DNA from: Sumerlaeia bacterium
Lineage (GTDB): Bacteria > Sumerlaeota > Sumerlaeia > SLMS01 > JAHLLQ01
Direction of reading: 5' to 3'
Assembly: GCA_040219255.1 (NCBI GenBank)
Contig: JAVJSW010000049.1
Coordinates: 128,001 to 192,000, forward strand
DNA: 64,000 bases
The notes under the pieces were generated by a model. It saw nothing but the letters and a program-made list of their open reading frames with translations, was not told the origin of the DNA and did no database searches. This document shows, piece after piece, positions 46,464 to 56,470 of this stretch. The number at the start of each line of letters is the position of its first letter. Within the stretch, counting starts at the first letter, position 1. Both the position numbers and the translations under genes were made by a program.

Positions 46464-47599
46464 TCCTTCTCCTCCTTGCCGCTGCCGGCCTTGTCGCTGT
46501 TGGCCTTGTCACCGTTGGCCTTGTCACTGTTGGCCTTGTCGGTGCCGGAATTCTTCGCGGCGGCCTTCTTGGGGGCCTCGCCCCGGCCGAGGGTCAGGTC
46601 GCGGAAGACTTCGTCGAGGCGGCCGGTCTCGGCGCGCATGTCGTGCAGCGCCCAGTCCTTGCCCCGGGCCAGCTTGGTTACATCGGCCAGGATCGGTTTG
46701 CCGTGGCGGGGCGTGGCCAGAAGGGTCACGTGGCCGTTGTGCGCGGGCTCTTCCGTGACGGTCTGGACGTCCTTCAGGCTTTGCAGGTCTTTGGTCACTT
46801 CGGCCACCTTGGCCTTGTCCACGGTCACGGTGACCGCGTTATGGCGGGCCGACTTCTTCTGGAGGGCTTCGGGTGTGCCGTCGAAGATGGTCTTGCCGCG
46901 GGCGATGATGATGGCGCGGCTGCAGACGGCCTCGACTTCTTCGAGGATGTGGGTCGAGAGGATGATGACTTTGCCCTCGGCCATACGGCGGATCAGCTCG
47001 CGGACCTCGTGCTTCTGGTTCGGGTCGAGACCGTCGGTGGGTTCGTCGAGGATGAGCACGGGCGGATCGTGGAGGATCGCCTGGGCGAGGCCGACGCGGC
47101 GTTTGAAGCCCTTCGAGAGGGTTTCGATGGGCTGGTGGTACACGTCTTCCAGGGCGGCGGCCTGAACGGCGCGGTCGATGGCCGTGCGCTGTTTCTGGCC
47201 GCTGAGGCCGCGAATTTCCGAGACGAATTTCAGAAAGCTCGCCGGGGTCATGTCCGGATAGGCGGGGGCGCCTTCGGGCAGATAACCGATTTTAGTGCGC
47301 ACTTCCCGCGATTTGTTGAGGATGTCATATCCGCAAACGCTCGCCGTCCCGTGGGTCGGCGTAAGGAAGCAGGTCAGCATTTTCATCGTGGTGGATTTGC
47401 CGGCGCCGTTCGGACCGAGGAAGCCGAGGACTTCCCCGCTTCCGACCTCGAACGAGACGCCATCCACCGCGGTGATGGGACCGAAGCGCTTCACCAGGCC
47501 GTCGAGCACGACCGCCGCGTCTCTGCCCCTGGCGGGTTTGGCCCGTCTGGGTTTGGCCCCGTTGGGTTTGGAACTTTCCGACTTACTGTCAGACATCAT
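46460..47599 (-). CDS. GldA-like ABC transporter ATP-binding protein
   Basis: GPNGAGKST, LSKGFKRRVGLA, LILDEPT, LSTH. Confidence 0.93.
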   Translation of the reverse strand: MMSDSKSESSKPNGAKPRRAKPARGRDAAVVLDGLVKRFGPITAVDGVSFEVGSGEVLGFLGPNGAGKSTTMKMLTCFLTPTHGTASVCGYDILNKSREVRTKIGYLPEGAPAYPDMTPASFLKFVSEIRGLSGQKQRTAIDRAVQAAALEDVYHQPIETLSKGFKRRVGLAQAILHDPPVLILDEPTDGLDPNQKHEVRELIRRMAEGKVIILSTHILEEVEAVCSRAIIIARGKTIFDGTPEALQKKSARHNAVTVTVDKAKVAEVTKDLQSLKDVQTVTEEPAHNGHVTLLATPRHGKPILADVTKLARGKDWALHDMRAETGRLDEVFRDLTLGRGEAPKKAAAKNSGTDKANSDKANGDKANSDKAGSGKEEKE

Positions 47600-48015
47600 G
47601 AAGCCAAGACTCCTTGCGGGAATCGGAGGATGAGTGAAGATTCACGAGGCAACGGACTCAGCCTCATAAGGATGAGGTTTGTTTTCCGGTCCAAGAATTC
47701 CTGAGCCGGGCGTTGCGCCACGTTGTCATCGCTCCCTCGAAAGAGTGGGAATGGGCGGAGGGAAACAATTTTCGAACCAAGAGCGAATTTTCCGAAAATG
47801 CCCGGACGACCGGCCTTCTCCCTCGATTCCCGCCCAGCCTCTCCGCCCGCACCCCGGGCGTAAAGGCCCATCCGCCCCGCCGGCCGTTTCCATCTGACAC
47901 ATCGGGGGTGCTGGCGATTTCTGGCTCGCCGCCTTGCCGAAAGGGGTTGAGTCCGAATTCTTGCTGGTTCAATGGTTGCGTTAGATCCGCACTACGCTCG
48001 GAGGAGTTCCATACC

Positions 48016-48924
48016 ATGGCGCATCAGAAACCGCTTCGCCGGCTTGGCCTCACCGCCGCCTTGGCCTTTGGCCTGGCGACATCGTCTTTCGCATTCGACT
48101 GGACGCAGGTCCTCTCGGAAGAAAACGAGCAGGAGCTGCCTTCCTCGGCCGCGCGGCTTTACGAGGAAGCGCTCGAGTTGGCCGATCACATCGACTATCC
48201 GAACGCGGTGCGCACGCTGGTGGAAGCTGGCGAAGCCGCGCCCGAGCACATTGAGCTGCAATTCGTGATCGTCCGCTGGGCCCGCTACATGGGCGAGGTC
48301 TCCTACGGCGACACGTCGCTGCGCTACTTCGACTATGCGGAAGAGGCGCTGCGCCGGTTGCTGTCAAATTCGGCCATCGGGCCCGAGGAACGGAGCCGCG
48401 CCCTGACGGAAGCGACGCGCGTGCGCGGGTCGAAAGACAGCCTGCGCGAGCGCGATCAGGAACGGATGGAAAGCGGTGGCCTGCTGGTCGACAACATCCG
48501 CTCCTTCCGGATCGAAACCGCCTCCGGTCCCTACGCGGACAATCTGCGCGAGCGCGAACGAGGCGACGTCGAAAGCCGCGAACGCGAAGAAGAAGAAAAG
48601 GAACCCAAGGCCAATCCTTTCGCCAAAGCTCCCGGTGAAGACATCCAGCTTTCCGCCGCTCCCCAGGCCATTCGAGGCGCCGCGGGCGGTTTGAACCCGC
48701 AGTTCGGCGGAGCCGATCCCTTCGGCGGCGGCGCCGATCCCTTCGCCGCTGGCGGTGGCGGGGCCGATCCCTTCGGCGGCGGTGCCGATCCGTTCGCCGC
48801 TGGCGGCGGCGGGGCCGATCCCTTCGGCGGAGGCGGCGGTGCCGATCCGTTTGGCGGCGGTGGGGGCGCGGATCCCTTCGGCGGCGGCGGGGGTGCCGAT
48901 CCTTTTGGCGGAGGCGGAAAGTAG
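48016..48924 (+). CDS. Secreted helical protein with C-terminal (Gly-rich-ADPF)x8 repeat tail
   Basis: GAGGAG RBS; signal peptide; helical/TPR-like middle; eight ADPF repeats. Confidence 0.75.
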   Translation: MAHQKPLRRLGLTAALAFGLATSSFAFDWTQVLSEENEQELPSSAARLYEEALELADHIDYPNAVRTLVEAGEAAPEHIELQFVIVRWARYMGEVSYGDTSLRYFDYAEEALRRLLSNSAIGPEERSRALTEATRVRGSKDSLRERDQERMESGGLLVDNIRSFRIETASGPYADNLRERERGDVESREREEEEKEPKANPFAKAPGEDIQLSAAPQAIRGAAGGLNPQFGGADPFGGGADPFAAGGGGADPFGGGADPFAAGGGGADPFGGGGGADPFGGGGGADPFGGGGGADPFGGGGK

Positions 48925-49341
<417 letters not shown>

Positions 49342-49374
49342 TCGTTCTCTCAGCAAGGTTGACGACCCCCAATC

Positions 49375-50208
49375 ATGACGACTCTTTCCACGGACAACCG
49401 GATCGAAGCGCTCTTTCGCCGCACCAGGGAGGAAAACCGCGCGGCTCTGATCCTGTATCTGACGTCGGGTTTTCCGAACGAGGAAACGACCCGCAGGCTC
49501 CTGCCGGTGCTGGCGGAAGCGGGCTGCGACCTGATCGAGCTGGGCGTTCCCTTTAGCGATCCGATCGCCGACGGGCCGACGATCCAGAAGGCGTCGAGCG
49601 TCGCGCTCGACAACGGCATGACGCTCTCGAAGACGCTGGAGATCGCCCGGGAATTCCGCGCCGCCCACGAGACGCCGCTGATTCTCTTCGGGGCGCTCAA
49701 TCCGTTTCTCAAGCGGGGTCTGGAGGCGAGCGCCAGGGCCGCCAGGGAAGCCGGTGCGGATGGGTTTCTGGCCGCCGATCTGCCCGCCGAAGAAGCCGAC
49801 GAGTTCGCCGAAATCTGCGAGCGCGAGAACCTGAAACTGGTCCTCCTCGCCGCCCCCACCAGCCCCGACGGGCGCCTGCGCGCCATCGCCGCGAAGTCCA
49901 CCGGGTTTCTCTACTGTATCTCCAGCCGGGGCATCACCGGCGCCCGCGATACAATGGGTCCCAACGTGACCGAGTACCTGGGCCGCGTGCGCGCCCAGAT
50001 CGAAGCCACCGGCAAGCCCCTGCCGCTGGCGGTCGGCTTTGGCATTTCCAAGCCCGAGCACGCCGCCCTGATGGCGCCGCACTGCGAAGCGGTCGTCGTC
50101 GGCAGCGCTCTGATCAACCTGATTCAGGAATGCGCCAACCGAGGCGAAGACCCGGCCGAGCCCGTGCGGGCCTTCGTCCGCGCCATGGCCGACGCCACGA
50201 GGCGCTGA
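49375..50208 (+). CDS. trpA: Tryptophan synthase alpha subunit
   Basis: IELGVPFSDPIADGPTIQ, GFLYCIS.RGITG, AVGFGIS, VVVGSA. Confidence 0.95.
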   Translation: MTTLSTDNRIEALFRRTREENRAALILYLTSGFPNEETTRRLLPVLAEAGCDLIELGVPFSDPIADGPTIQKASSVALDNGMTLSKTLEIAREFRAAHETPLILFGALNPFLKRGLEASARAAREAGADGFLAADLPAEEADEFAEICERENLKLVLLAAPTSPDGRLRAIAAKSTGFLYCISSRGITGARDTMGPNVTEYLGRVRAQIEATGKPLPLAVGFGISKPEHAALMAPHCEAVVVGSALINLIQECANRGEDPAEPVRAFVRAMADATRR

Positions 50209-50251
50209 CGCTCGGTAGGCCTGGGTCCGATTCCCCCATCATGAAAAACGG

Positions 50252-50286
50252 AAGAAGCCGCCCGGCATGGTCGCGGGCGGCTTCTT
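50252..50286. terminator. Bidirectional terminator
   Basis: AAGAAGCCGCCCG...CGGGCGGCTTCTT between convergent trpA and the DUF1573 gene. Confidence 0.75.
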
Positions 50287-50317
50287 TCGTTGGTGCGATC
50301 GGAGAGTGTCGGAGGGC

Positions 50318-51520
50318 TTACGGAGCCGAGGTGTTGGGCTCGACCGGCGCCGGGGCGGCGGAGGTCGTGTAGGGTTCGCGCACGACCATGCTGAAGGGAA
50401 CGGTCAGTTCCTGGGCGGCGCCGGCGGCGTTGCCCTTGACGACGAGAGTGCCGCGATAGGCGCCGATTTCATCGGGAGCGGTGACGCTGGCGCGCAGGCG
50501 CGGCGTGGGGGTGTCTTCCCCAACGAGTTCCAGGCCGAAGCCGATCTTTTCCGCGTCCACCACTTCCTGGCTGGTGCCAAAGGTGGTATTGGTGAGTTCG
50601 TAGCCGGTGAGTTCGAAGGTCTTGCCGGGGCGGACCTTCATGGTCAGGGCCTGGGTCTTGGAGTCGCCGGGGGAAACGACGCCAAACCAGAGGGTGTTTT
50701 GAATGATTTCCACATCGCCGCTGATCTGGCCGGTGATGAGGGCGGAGAACATGGGGTAGTCGGCGTAATCGGTGCGGAGCGTCAGGTTTCCCGCGAGCCG
50801 CTTGGCCGTGGAATTCTCCGGCACCGTCAGGGTCACAGGCGTCCGGGTGCCGGTGCGGCCCCCTTCTTCGGTGTACTCTTCCGGCTCGCCGACGGATGTC
50901 TCGACGGGGATGTTGTCGGGGCTGATGCTGACGTTGAGGATCTTGACCTCCACATCGGGTTCGAAGTCGTAGAGGTAGATCGTCTGGGTGGCGCCTTCGT
51001 TGGCATCCACATCGCCGAAGTTCACGGTGCGGTCGGACAGTTCGACCTTGCGAACCACATCGCCCGCCAGATTGAGGGCGACGGTGGGCTGCCGCTCATA
51101 ATCGGTCATCAGCGTGATGGTCTTGCGCTGGGCGCCGCTGCGGCCGCGGGAGTTGAAGGTGGCGCGGACCGCGTCGCCTTCGCCGGGCTGGAAGGTGCGG
51201 CCGATCAGTTCGTCCTTATTGCCAGCGGTGCAGCCGCAGGACGTGCGCAGATCGGTGATCTTGATGGGTTTGTCACTGGTGTTGACGAAGGGGAATTCAA
51301 CCTTGGCTTCCGCGCCTTCGTCAATGGTGCCGAAGTTCACCGTTTGGGTGGTGAAGGCCAGACCGGGCGAGGACTCCGCGGCGGGACGGGCTTCCGGGGC
51401 TTCCTTCATGTCGACGGTGCCGGGCAGGGGCTCGGCCTGTTGACCATAAGCCATGGTCAGTGGAAGCGCCAGAAAGCCGGAGAGAAGAAGATGGCTGGCG
51501 CGGAATTTCAGAGGCATCAT
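50318..51520 (-). CDS. DUF1573 domain Ig-like secreted protein
   Basis: Signal peptide; 'NFGTI...FPFVNT...ITDLRTSCGCT...PGE...TFNS' plus two further Ig-like repeats. Confidence 0.85.
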   Translation of the reverse strand: MMPLKFRASHLLLSGFLALPLTMAYGQQAEPLPGTVDMKEAPEARPAAESSPGLAFTTQTVNFGTIDEGAEAKVEFPFVNTSDKPIKITDLRTSCGCTAGNKDELIGRTFQPGEGDAVRATFNSRGRSGAQRKTITLMTDYERQPTVALNLAGDVVRKVELSDRTVNFGDVDANEGATQTIYLYDFEPDVEVKILNVSISPDNIPVETSVGEPEEYTEEGGRTGTRTPVTLTVPENSTAKRLAGNLTLRTDYADYPMFSALITGQISGDVEIIQNTLWFGVVSPGDSKTQALTMKVRPGKTFELTGYELTNTTFGTSQEVVDAEKIGFGLELVGEDTPTPRLRASVTAPDEIGAYRGTLVVKGNAAGAAQELTVPFSMVVREPYTTSAAPAPVEPNTSAP

Positions 51521-51580
51521 GGATGCGATTCTCCTCGTGATTGCGATACGTTTCGGGACGGTCCCGAAGATGAGACGAGA

Positions 51581-52468
51581 TTATCCCGTGGGAGGTTTGT
51601 CGTCGGACAGAACCGCGTTCAAGCCCCCACTGGCGAACCCGGCCAAATCGAGCGTGATCCAGCGGAATCCGAGTCGCCGGTATTCCCGCACGAGGCGGTC
51701 ACGGTGCGCAAGGAGGATTGGAAACGCCTCCGGTTCGACCTCGATGCGGGCCACTTCGCCATGATGGCGGCAGCGCAGGTTCCCCGTGACGCCGAGACCC
51801 CGCAGGTACTTCTCCGCCAGGGCGACCTGCGTCAATTTGTCCTCCGTGATGCGCTCGCCGTAGGGCACCCGGCTCGACAGACAAGGCGCCGCCGGTTTGT
51901 CGTGGTTCGGCAAGCCCCAGCGCTTGGCGATGGCGCGCACTTCGGCTTTGGTGATGCCGCAATCGCGCAGCGGCGACAGCACGCCCCGCTCCGCCACGGC
52001 CTTCAGTCCCGGGCGGTAATCGCCGCCGTCGTCGGCGTTCGTGCCGTCGCACACGGCGCCAAAACCCTCGGCCCGGGCCACCGCTGTCAGTCGGTCGTAC
52101 AGCTCGGACTTACAGTAATAGCAACGGTTGGCCGGGTTGCTGGCGTAGTTGGGGATGGCGAGTTCGCTGTACTCTATGACGCGCAGGGCGAAGCCGTGCT
52201 CCGCGGCGAGGCCCTCGCACAGCGCCACATCGTCGGTGGTGTTCGATTCGCTCTTGGCCACGACGCCCAGCGCCCCCGCCTCGAGCGCTCGGTGGGCCGC
52301 CGCCATGACGACGGTGCTGTCGACTCCGCCGCTGAACGCCACCAGCACCCGCGGCCCCAGGGCCCGCAGCCGGGCAAGGAGGGCGTCGATTTTCTCGTCG
52401 AGGGTCAAATCCGGGGTGGTGATGGCCAGGGCAGACAAAGGGGAACTCCGCGCAGGGGGTAGGGGCAT
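51581..52468 (-). CDS. larE: LarE-like ATP-dependent sacrificial sulfur transferase (TIGR00268 family)
   Basis: VAFSGGVDST (PP-loop), NRCYYCK, DGTNADD..DYRPG, SPL, PCLSSRVPYG; start uncertain. Confidence 0.88.
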   Translation of the reverse strand: MPLPPARSSPLSALAITTPDLTLDEKIDALLARLRALGPRVLVAFSGGVDSTVVMAAAHRALEAGALGVVAKSESNTTDDVALCEGLAAEHGFALRVIEYSELAIPNYASNPANRCYYCKSELYDRLTAVARAEGFGAVCDGTNADDGGDYRPGLKAVAERGVLSPLRDCGITKAEVRAIAKRWGLPNHDKPAAPCLSSRVPYGERITEDKLTQVALAEKYLRGLGVTGNLRCRHHGEVARIEVEPEAFPILLAHRDRLVREYRRLGFRWITLDLAGFASGGLNAVLSDDKPPTG

Positions 52469-52706
52469 CGCCTGCAAAGGGCGCGCCGCCGAGAACTTTT
52501 TAGAGGTTGGGGGCGGGTTCTGGCAATGGGGAGTGCTTGGAGGCTTCACAAATCTTTGGGAGAGCGGGGCGGGCGGGGGGAGACGGAGAGCGCGGAGGGA
52601 ATGTCGTGACGCAACGGCCTCATCCCGCCGTTGCGTCCGCCGCGCCGCTGTGGCATCGGTGCGCGGCTGATTTGGCCCCGGGGGGCTGGTGGAGGTTCGT
52701 TTGCCG

Positions 52707-53540
52707 ATGCGCATGAGGGTGATTGTGACGGGGTCTGGGACCTCGACGGGGGTGCCTCCCATCGGGTGCGAGGCGCCGGTGTGCCTGTCCGGCGACCCGC
52801 GCAACAAGCGCCTGCGGTCGGGGCTGTACTTTCAGGAACTCGGCGGCCAGAGCAGCCCCCACGCCCCCGGCGAGCACCCGCTGGCCTTTATCGTGGATTG
52901 CAGCCCGGATTATCGCCAGCAGGCCCTGACCCACAAAATCAACCGCATCGATGGGGTTTTGCTGACGCATTCGCATTTCGACCACGTGGCGGGTCTGGAT
53001 GATTTGCGGATTTATAATTTCCGGCAAAAACACGCCCTGCCGCTCTATGGCCCGGCGTGGACGCTGGACGATGTGCGGCGGCGCTGCGATTATTTCTTCA
53101 ACCCGCCGCAGGAAGGCGGCGGCGTGGCCAGTTTCGACCTGCGCCCCGTGGACCCGGCGGTGCCTTTTGTCTTTCTCGACCGCCTCGCTGTCGAGCCGGT
53201 GCCGGTGAAGCACGGCATCGCGGACGTGTTCGGTTACCGGTTCGGCGATTTCGCCCACATCACGGACGCGAGCGAAATCCCGGCGTCGTCTCTGGAGAGA
53301 CTGCGAGGCTGCCGCGTGCTGATCCTGAACGCGCTGCGCAGCCGTCCCCACTCGACGCACCTGAGCCTCGACGAGGCGGTCGAGGTGGCGCGGGATCTCG
53401 CCCCCGAGCAGACCTACTTCGTCCACATGAACCACGAACTCGATCATGAGGAAACGAACGCCAAGCTGCCGCGCGGAATGGCGCTGGCGTACGATGGCCT
53501 GGCCTTCGAGATCGAGGCGCGCGAGGCCACCGCCGAATAA
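52707..53540 (+). CDS. MBL-fold metallo-hydrolase (PhnP-like)
   Basis: GSGTSTGVPPIGC..VC, THSHFDHVAGLDD, HITD, HMNH, AYDG. Confidence 0.9.
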   Translation: MRMRVIVTGSGTSTGVPPIGCEAPVCLSGDPRNKRLRSGLYFQELGGQSSPHAPGEHPLAFIVDCSPDYRQQALTHKINRIDGVLLTHSHFDHVAGLDDLRIYNFRQKHALPLYGPAWTLDDVRRRCDYFFNPPQEGGGVASFDLRPVDPAVPFVFLDRLAVEPVPVKHGIADVFGYRFGDFAHITDASEIPASSLERLRGCRVLILNALRSRPHSTHLSLDEAVEVARDLAPEQTYFVHMNHELDHEETNAKLPRGMALAYDGLAFEIEAREATAE

Positions 53541-53938
53541 TGGCCCGCAAACCGACCTACTATGAGGTGCTGCAAGTCGCCCCCGACGCCGACCGCGAGG
53601 TGATCCTGGCGGCGTACCGGACGCTGCAGAAGAAGCACCATCCGGATAGTGGCGGTTCGGAGGAGATGGCGCGGCTGCTGAACGAGGCGAAGGGCATCTT
53701 GCTGGATCCGGCGCGGCGGCGGGCCTATGACGAGTATCTGACCAGCCGCAACCGCCCGCGCCCGGCGGCGGCTTCCGGGCAAGACTGGGAGGAAGGCTCG
53801 GGCCGCCTGCCCCGGGTCATCCACAACCACGAGGCGGAGGAGGAAGACGGGGCGGAGCCGATCGTGTGGATTCTGGTGGGGCTGGTGGGGGGGCTGATCG
53901 GAGTGGCATTGCTGGCGTACGCGACAACAGTAAATTAA
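53540..53938 (+). CDS. J-domain protein with C-terminal TM anchor
   Basis: YYEVLQV, AYR, HHPD, LNEA, LLDPARRRAYD; C-terminal hydrophobic helix. Confidence 0.88.
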   Translation: MARKPTYYEVLQVAPDADREVILAAYRTLQKKHHPDSGGSEEMARLLNEAKGILLDPARRRAYDEYLTSRNRPRPAAASGQDWEEGSGRLPRVIHNHEAEEEDGAEPIVWILVGLVGGLIGVALLAYATTVN

Positions 53939-54085
53939 TGGTACCTGTCAAAAATTAACTTCCGGGGCCCAAAATTGGCCCGCTCCAATGCAACAATTTG
54001 CTTGATTGTGGCTGCCTGGGGGAAGCAGGCTCGGCATTGTGTCTACGACATGGAGTTCAAGTTTATTTTCTGCAAGGAGTGCCTC

Positions 54086-55630
54086 ATGAAGCATTCTCAT
54101 CTTTTGGCCATGCTGGCTGGGTTCGCGGCCGTTCCCGTTCTGGCCCCGGCTGCCACCGCCTTCGTCGACGGCGTGACCACCACGACCATTGAAGCGGCTT
54201 ACGCCTCTCTGAACCGCGCCGACGGCGAAGCGGACGTGATCGACATCGTGGGCGACGCGACCTCCGCGGGTCTCTACATTGACAGCAACGGCGCCACGAG
54301 CGACTCGCTGACGATCGAAGGCAACGGCAACCGGATCACCTTCACCGGTGAACTGGCGAACTTTTCAGCTGGTACCGGCTCTCTGATCGACGTCGACGTC
54401 GCGGCGGGGCAGGAAGTCCGTTTCCAGAACTTCACCATGGTGATCGACTGGGCATCGAGCGGCACGATCGGCCGGACAAACGGCATCCTTGTGGACGAAG
54501 CCGACGGCGTCGGCCCGAACGGCGCCATCGTGGAATTGAACAACGTTCAGCTCCGTATGGTGGACAGCGCCAACAACCTGATTCCGCTGGGTGACAACCC
54601 GGTCGGTTCCTACGGCATCGCGTTTGGCGGCGGGTGGTTCTCGACGCCGGCCAGCACAGCGCAATTCAACTTGGTGGACTGCGTGATTCAGACCAAGCAC
54701 GTGGAAACCGGTGGTTTCGCCAGCGGCTGGGAGTTCTACCTGGACGACATGGCTGCCCTGGTCGACAATTGCTCCTTCTACACTTACGGCCCGGACGATG
54801 GTTCCGGCGGTGGCGATTCGCTGTTCTTCAGCGCCGCTAACGGCGCCGATATCACCGTGCAGAATACCTATCTGACGGCGGAATCGCAGGGCATCAACAA
54901 CAGCAGCAGCAGCGGAATCGGCACTGCGTCGACCACGCTGTTGCTGGACACGATCGTTGTCGAAAACTGCGGCGACTTCGGCGTCGAACTTGACGAGGGC
55001 GTCGTCACCATCGTGAACTCGAGCTTCCTGAACAACGGCCAGGAAGGCCTCAAAGTCGTCGACGGCACCACGGTCGTCACCGGCATCACCGACTCGGTCT
55101 TCTGCAACAACGCGTTCTACGGCATCGAGTTCAACGAAATCGACCTGAGCGTCGATCCGATCATCTCGGGCTGCCTGTTCGTGAACAACGGCAGCGATTC
55201 GGGCCACCAGGGCCAGTTCCGCATCGGCGACACGAACGCCACGACGGCGACGCTGACGATCGTGAACAGCACGTTCCACGACGCGGCCACGACCTACGCG
55301 ATCCGCATCAACTCGGCGCTGACCAATGCCGACATCGACGGCTGCATCTTCACCGGCGACGCCGCCGAGCAGGCCGTGGAAGTGACCGGCTCCGGTTCCT
55401 CCGCCACCATCGACGACAGCGCGGTCGTCCTGATGGCGCAGGGCGATGGCACCTTCACCAACATCACCACGGTCGATCCGTCCTACACGAACACGAACTG
55501 CCCGCCGGACGCGGACAGCTTCGACATCAACGACCCGGCCTACTTCACCGCCGGCCCCGGCGGCGCGCAGCTGACCGGCTTCGGCGATCCGAACCCGGCC
55601 AAGGTCGGTTCGTGGCGCATGCTCGACTAA
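54086..55630 (+). CDS. Secreted right-handed beta-helix protein with C-terminal Trp tail
   Basis: AAGGAG RBS; signal peptide; repeated 'NCSF/NSSFLNNG/DSVFCNN/GCLFVNNG/NSTF' parallel beta-helix rungs; ends AKVGSWRMLD. Confidence 0.78.
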   Translation: MKHSHLLAMLAGFAAVPVLAPAATAFVDGVTTTTIEAAYASLNRADGEADVIDIVGDATSAGLYIDSNGATSDSLTIEGNGNRITFTGELANFSAGTGSLIDVDVAAGQEVRFQNFTMVIDWASSGTIGRTNGILVDEADGVGPNGAIVELNNVQLRMVDSANNLIPLGDNPVGSYGIAFGGGWFSTPASTAQFNLVDCVIQTKHVETGGFASGWEFYLDDMAALVDNCSFYTYGPDDGSGGGDSLFFSAANGADITVQNTYLTAESQGINNSSSSGIGTASTTLLLDTIVVENCGDFGVELDEGVVTIVNSSFLNNGQEGLKVVDGTTVVTGITDSVFCNNAFYGIEFNEIDLSVDPIISGCLFVNNGSDSGHQGQFRIGDTNATTATLTIVNSTFHDAATTYAIRINSALTNADIDGCIFTGDAAEQAVEVTGSGSSATIDDSAVVLMAQGDGTFTNITTVDPSYTNTNCPPDADSFDINDPAYFTAGPGGAQLTGFGDPNPAKVGSWRMLD

Positions 55631-55680
55631 GCGTAGTGGGCGCAACCTCCTCCTGGATGTGCTAAGTTGAGAGAAGAACT

Positions 55681-55713
55681 GGGCTCCTTCCTTCACCGGA
55701 GGGGGCCCTTTTT
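55681..55713 (+). terminator. Intrinsic terminator
   Basis: GGGCTCCTTCC-loop-GGAGGGGGCCC then TTTTT. Confidence 0.7.
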
Positions 55714-55784
55714 CTTATGGCGGCGCCCGCCTCCAGGCGGGCACCATGGCGGCGAATTTTGCCCATGGAAGAGAATGCCGCGAC

Positions 55785-56429
55785 ATGTCCGAACTGAGAG
55801 TGGAAACCCTGCCTGTGGGGCCGATGCAGGCCAATTGCTATCTCCTGCGCGACGCGGCGCGAAAGGCCTGCGTCGTGGTCGATCCGGGGGGCGACGCGGA
55901 CGACATCGTGGAGGCCATCGGAGATGACCGCGTCGAAGCGATCTGGCTGACGCACGCCCATTGCGATCACATCGGCGGTCTGGAGGCGGTGCGGCTTAAG
56001 ACTGGCGCGCCGGTGTGGCTGCACGCGGCGGAGGCCGATTGGCTTTCCGACGACACCAAGAACCTGGGCGCTTTCATTGGCCTGGAAATCGAGCCGAGCC
56101 GCGCCGATCATCATTGGGGCGACGGCGAGGAGTTGGAAGGGCTGGGGCGGACGTGGCGGATTCTGCACACGCCGGGCCATTCGCCCGGCTGCGTGGTGAT
56201 TCATTGCGCGGCGGAAGCGGCGGCCATGGTGGGCGACCTGATCATGCGGGGCAGCATGGGGCGGGTCGATTTTCCCGGCAGCGACCCCGCCGCGATGGAC
56301 GAGAGCCTGAAGCGCGCGGCCCGCGAGCTGCCGCCGGAGACGCGGCTTTTTTCCGGCCATGGCCCCGGCACCACGATGGCGGCGGAATTGGCCTCGAATC
56401 CTTTTCTGTTGCAGTTGATGCGCGGTTAG
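55785..56429 (+). CDS. MBL-fold hydrolase (glyoxalase II/YcbL-like)
   Basis: NCYL, VDPG, THAHCDHIGG, HTPGHSPG, GD, SGHG. Confidence 0.9.
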   Translation: MSELRVETLPVGPMQANCYLLRDAARKACVVVDPGGDADDIVEAIGDDRVEAIWLTHAHCDHIGGLEAVRLKTGAPVWLHAAEADWLSDDTKNLGAFIGLEIEPSRADHHWGDGEELEGLGRTWRILHTPGHSPGCVVIHCAAEAAAMVGDLIMRGSMGRVDFPGSDPAAMDESLKRAARELPPETRLFSGHGPGTTMAAELASNPFLLQLMRG

Positions 56430-56470
56430 GGAACTTCGATAATTCAGAAGCAAAGTAGAGGATTCGCCCG

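Noticed and set aside
46486-46545. 15-bp tandem repeat encoding DKANS/DKANG at the ABC ATPase C-terminus
   Set aside because: Looks like a slippage-derived disordered tail; no evidence of function.
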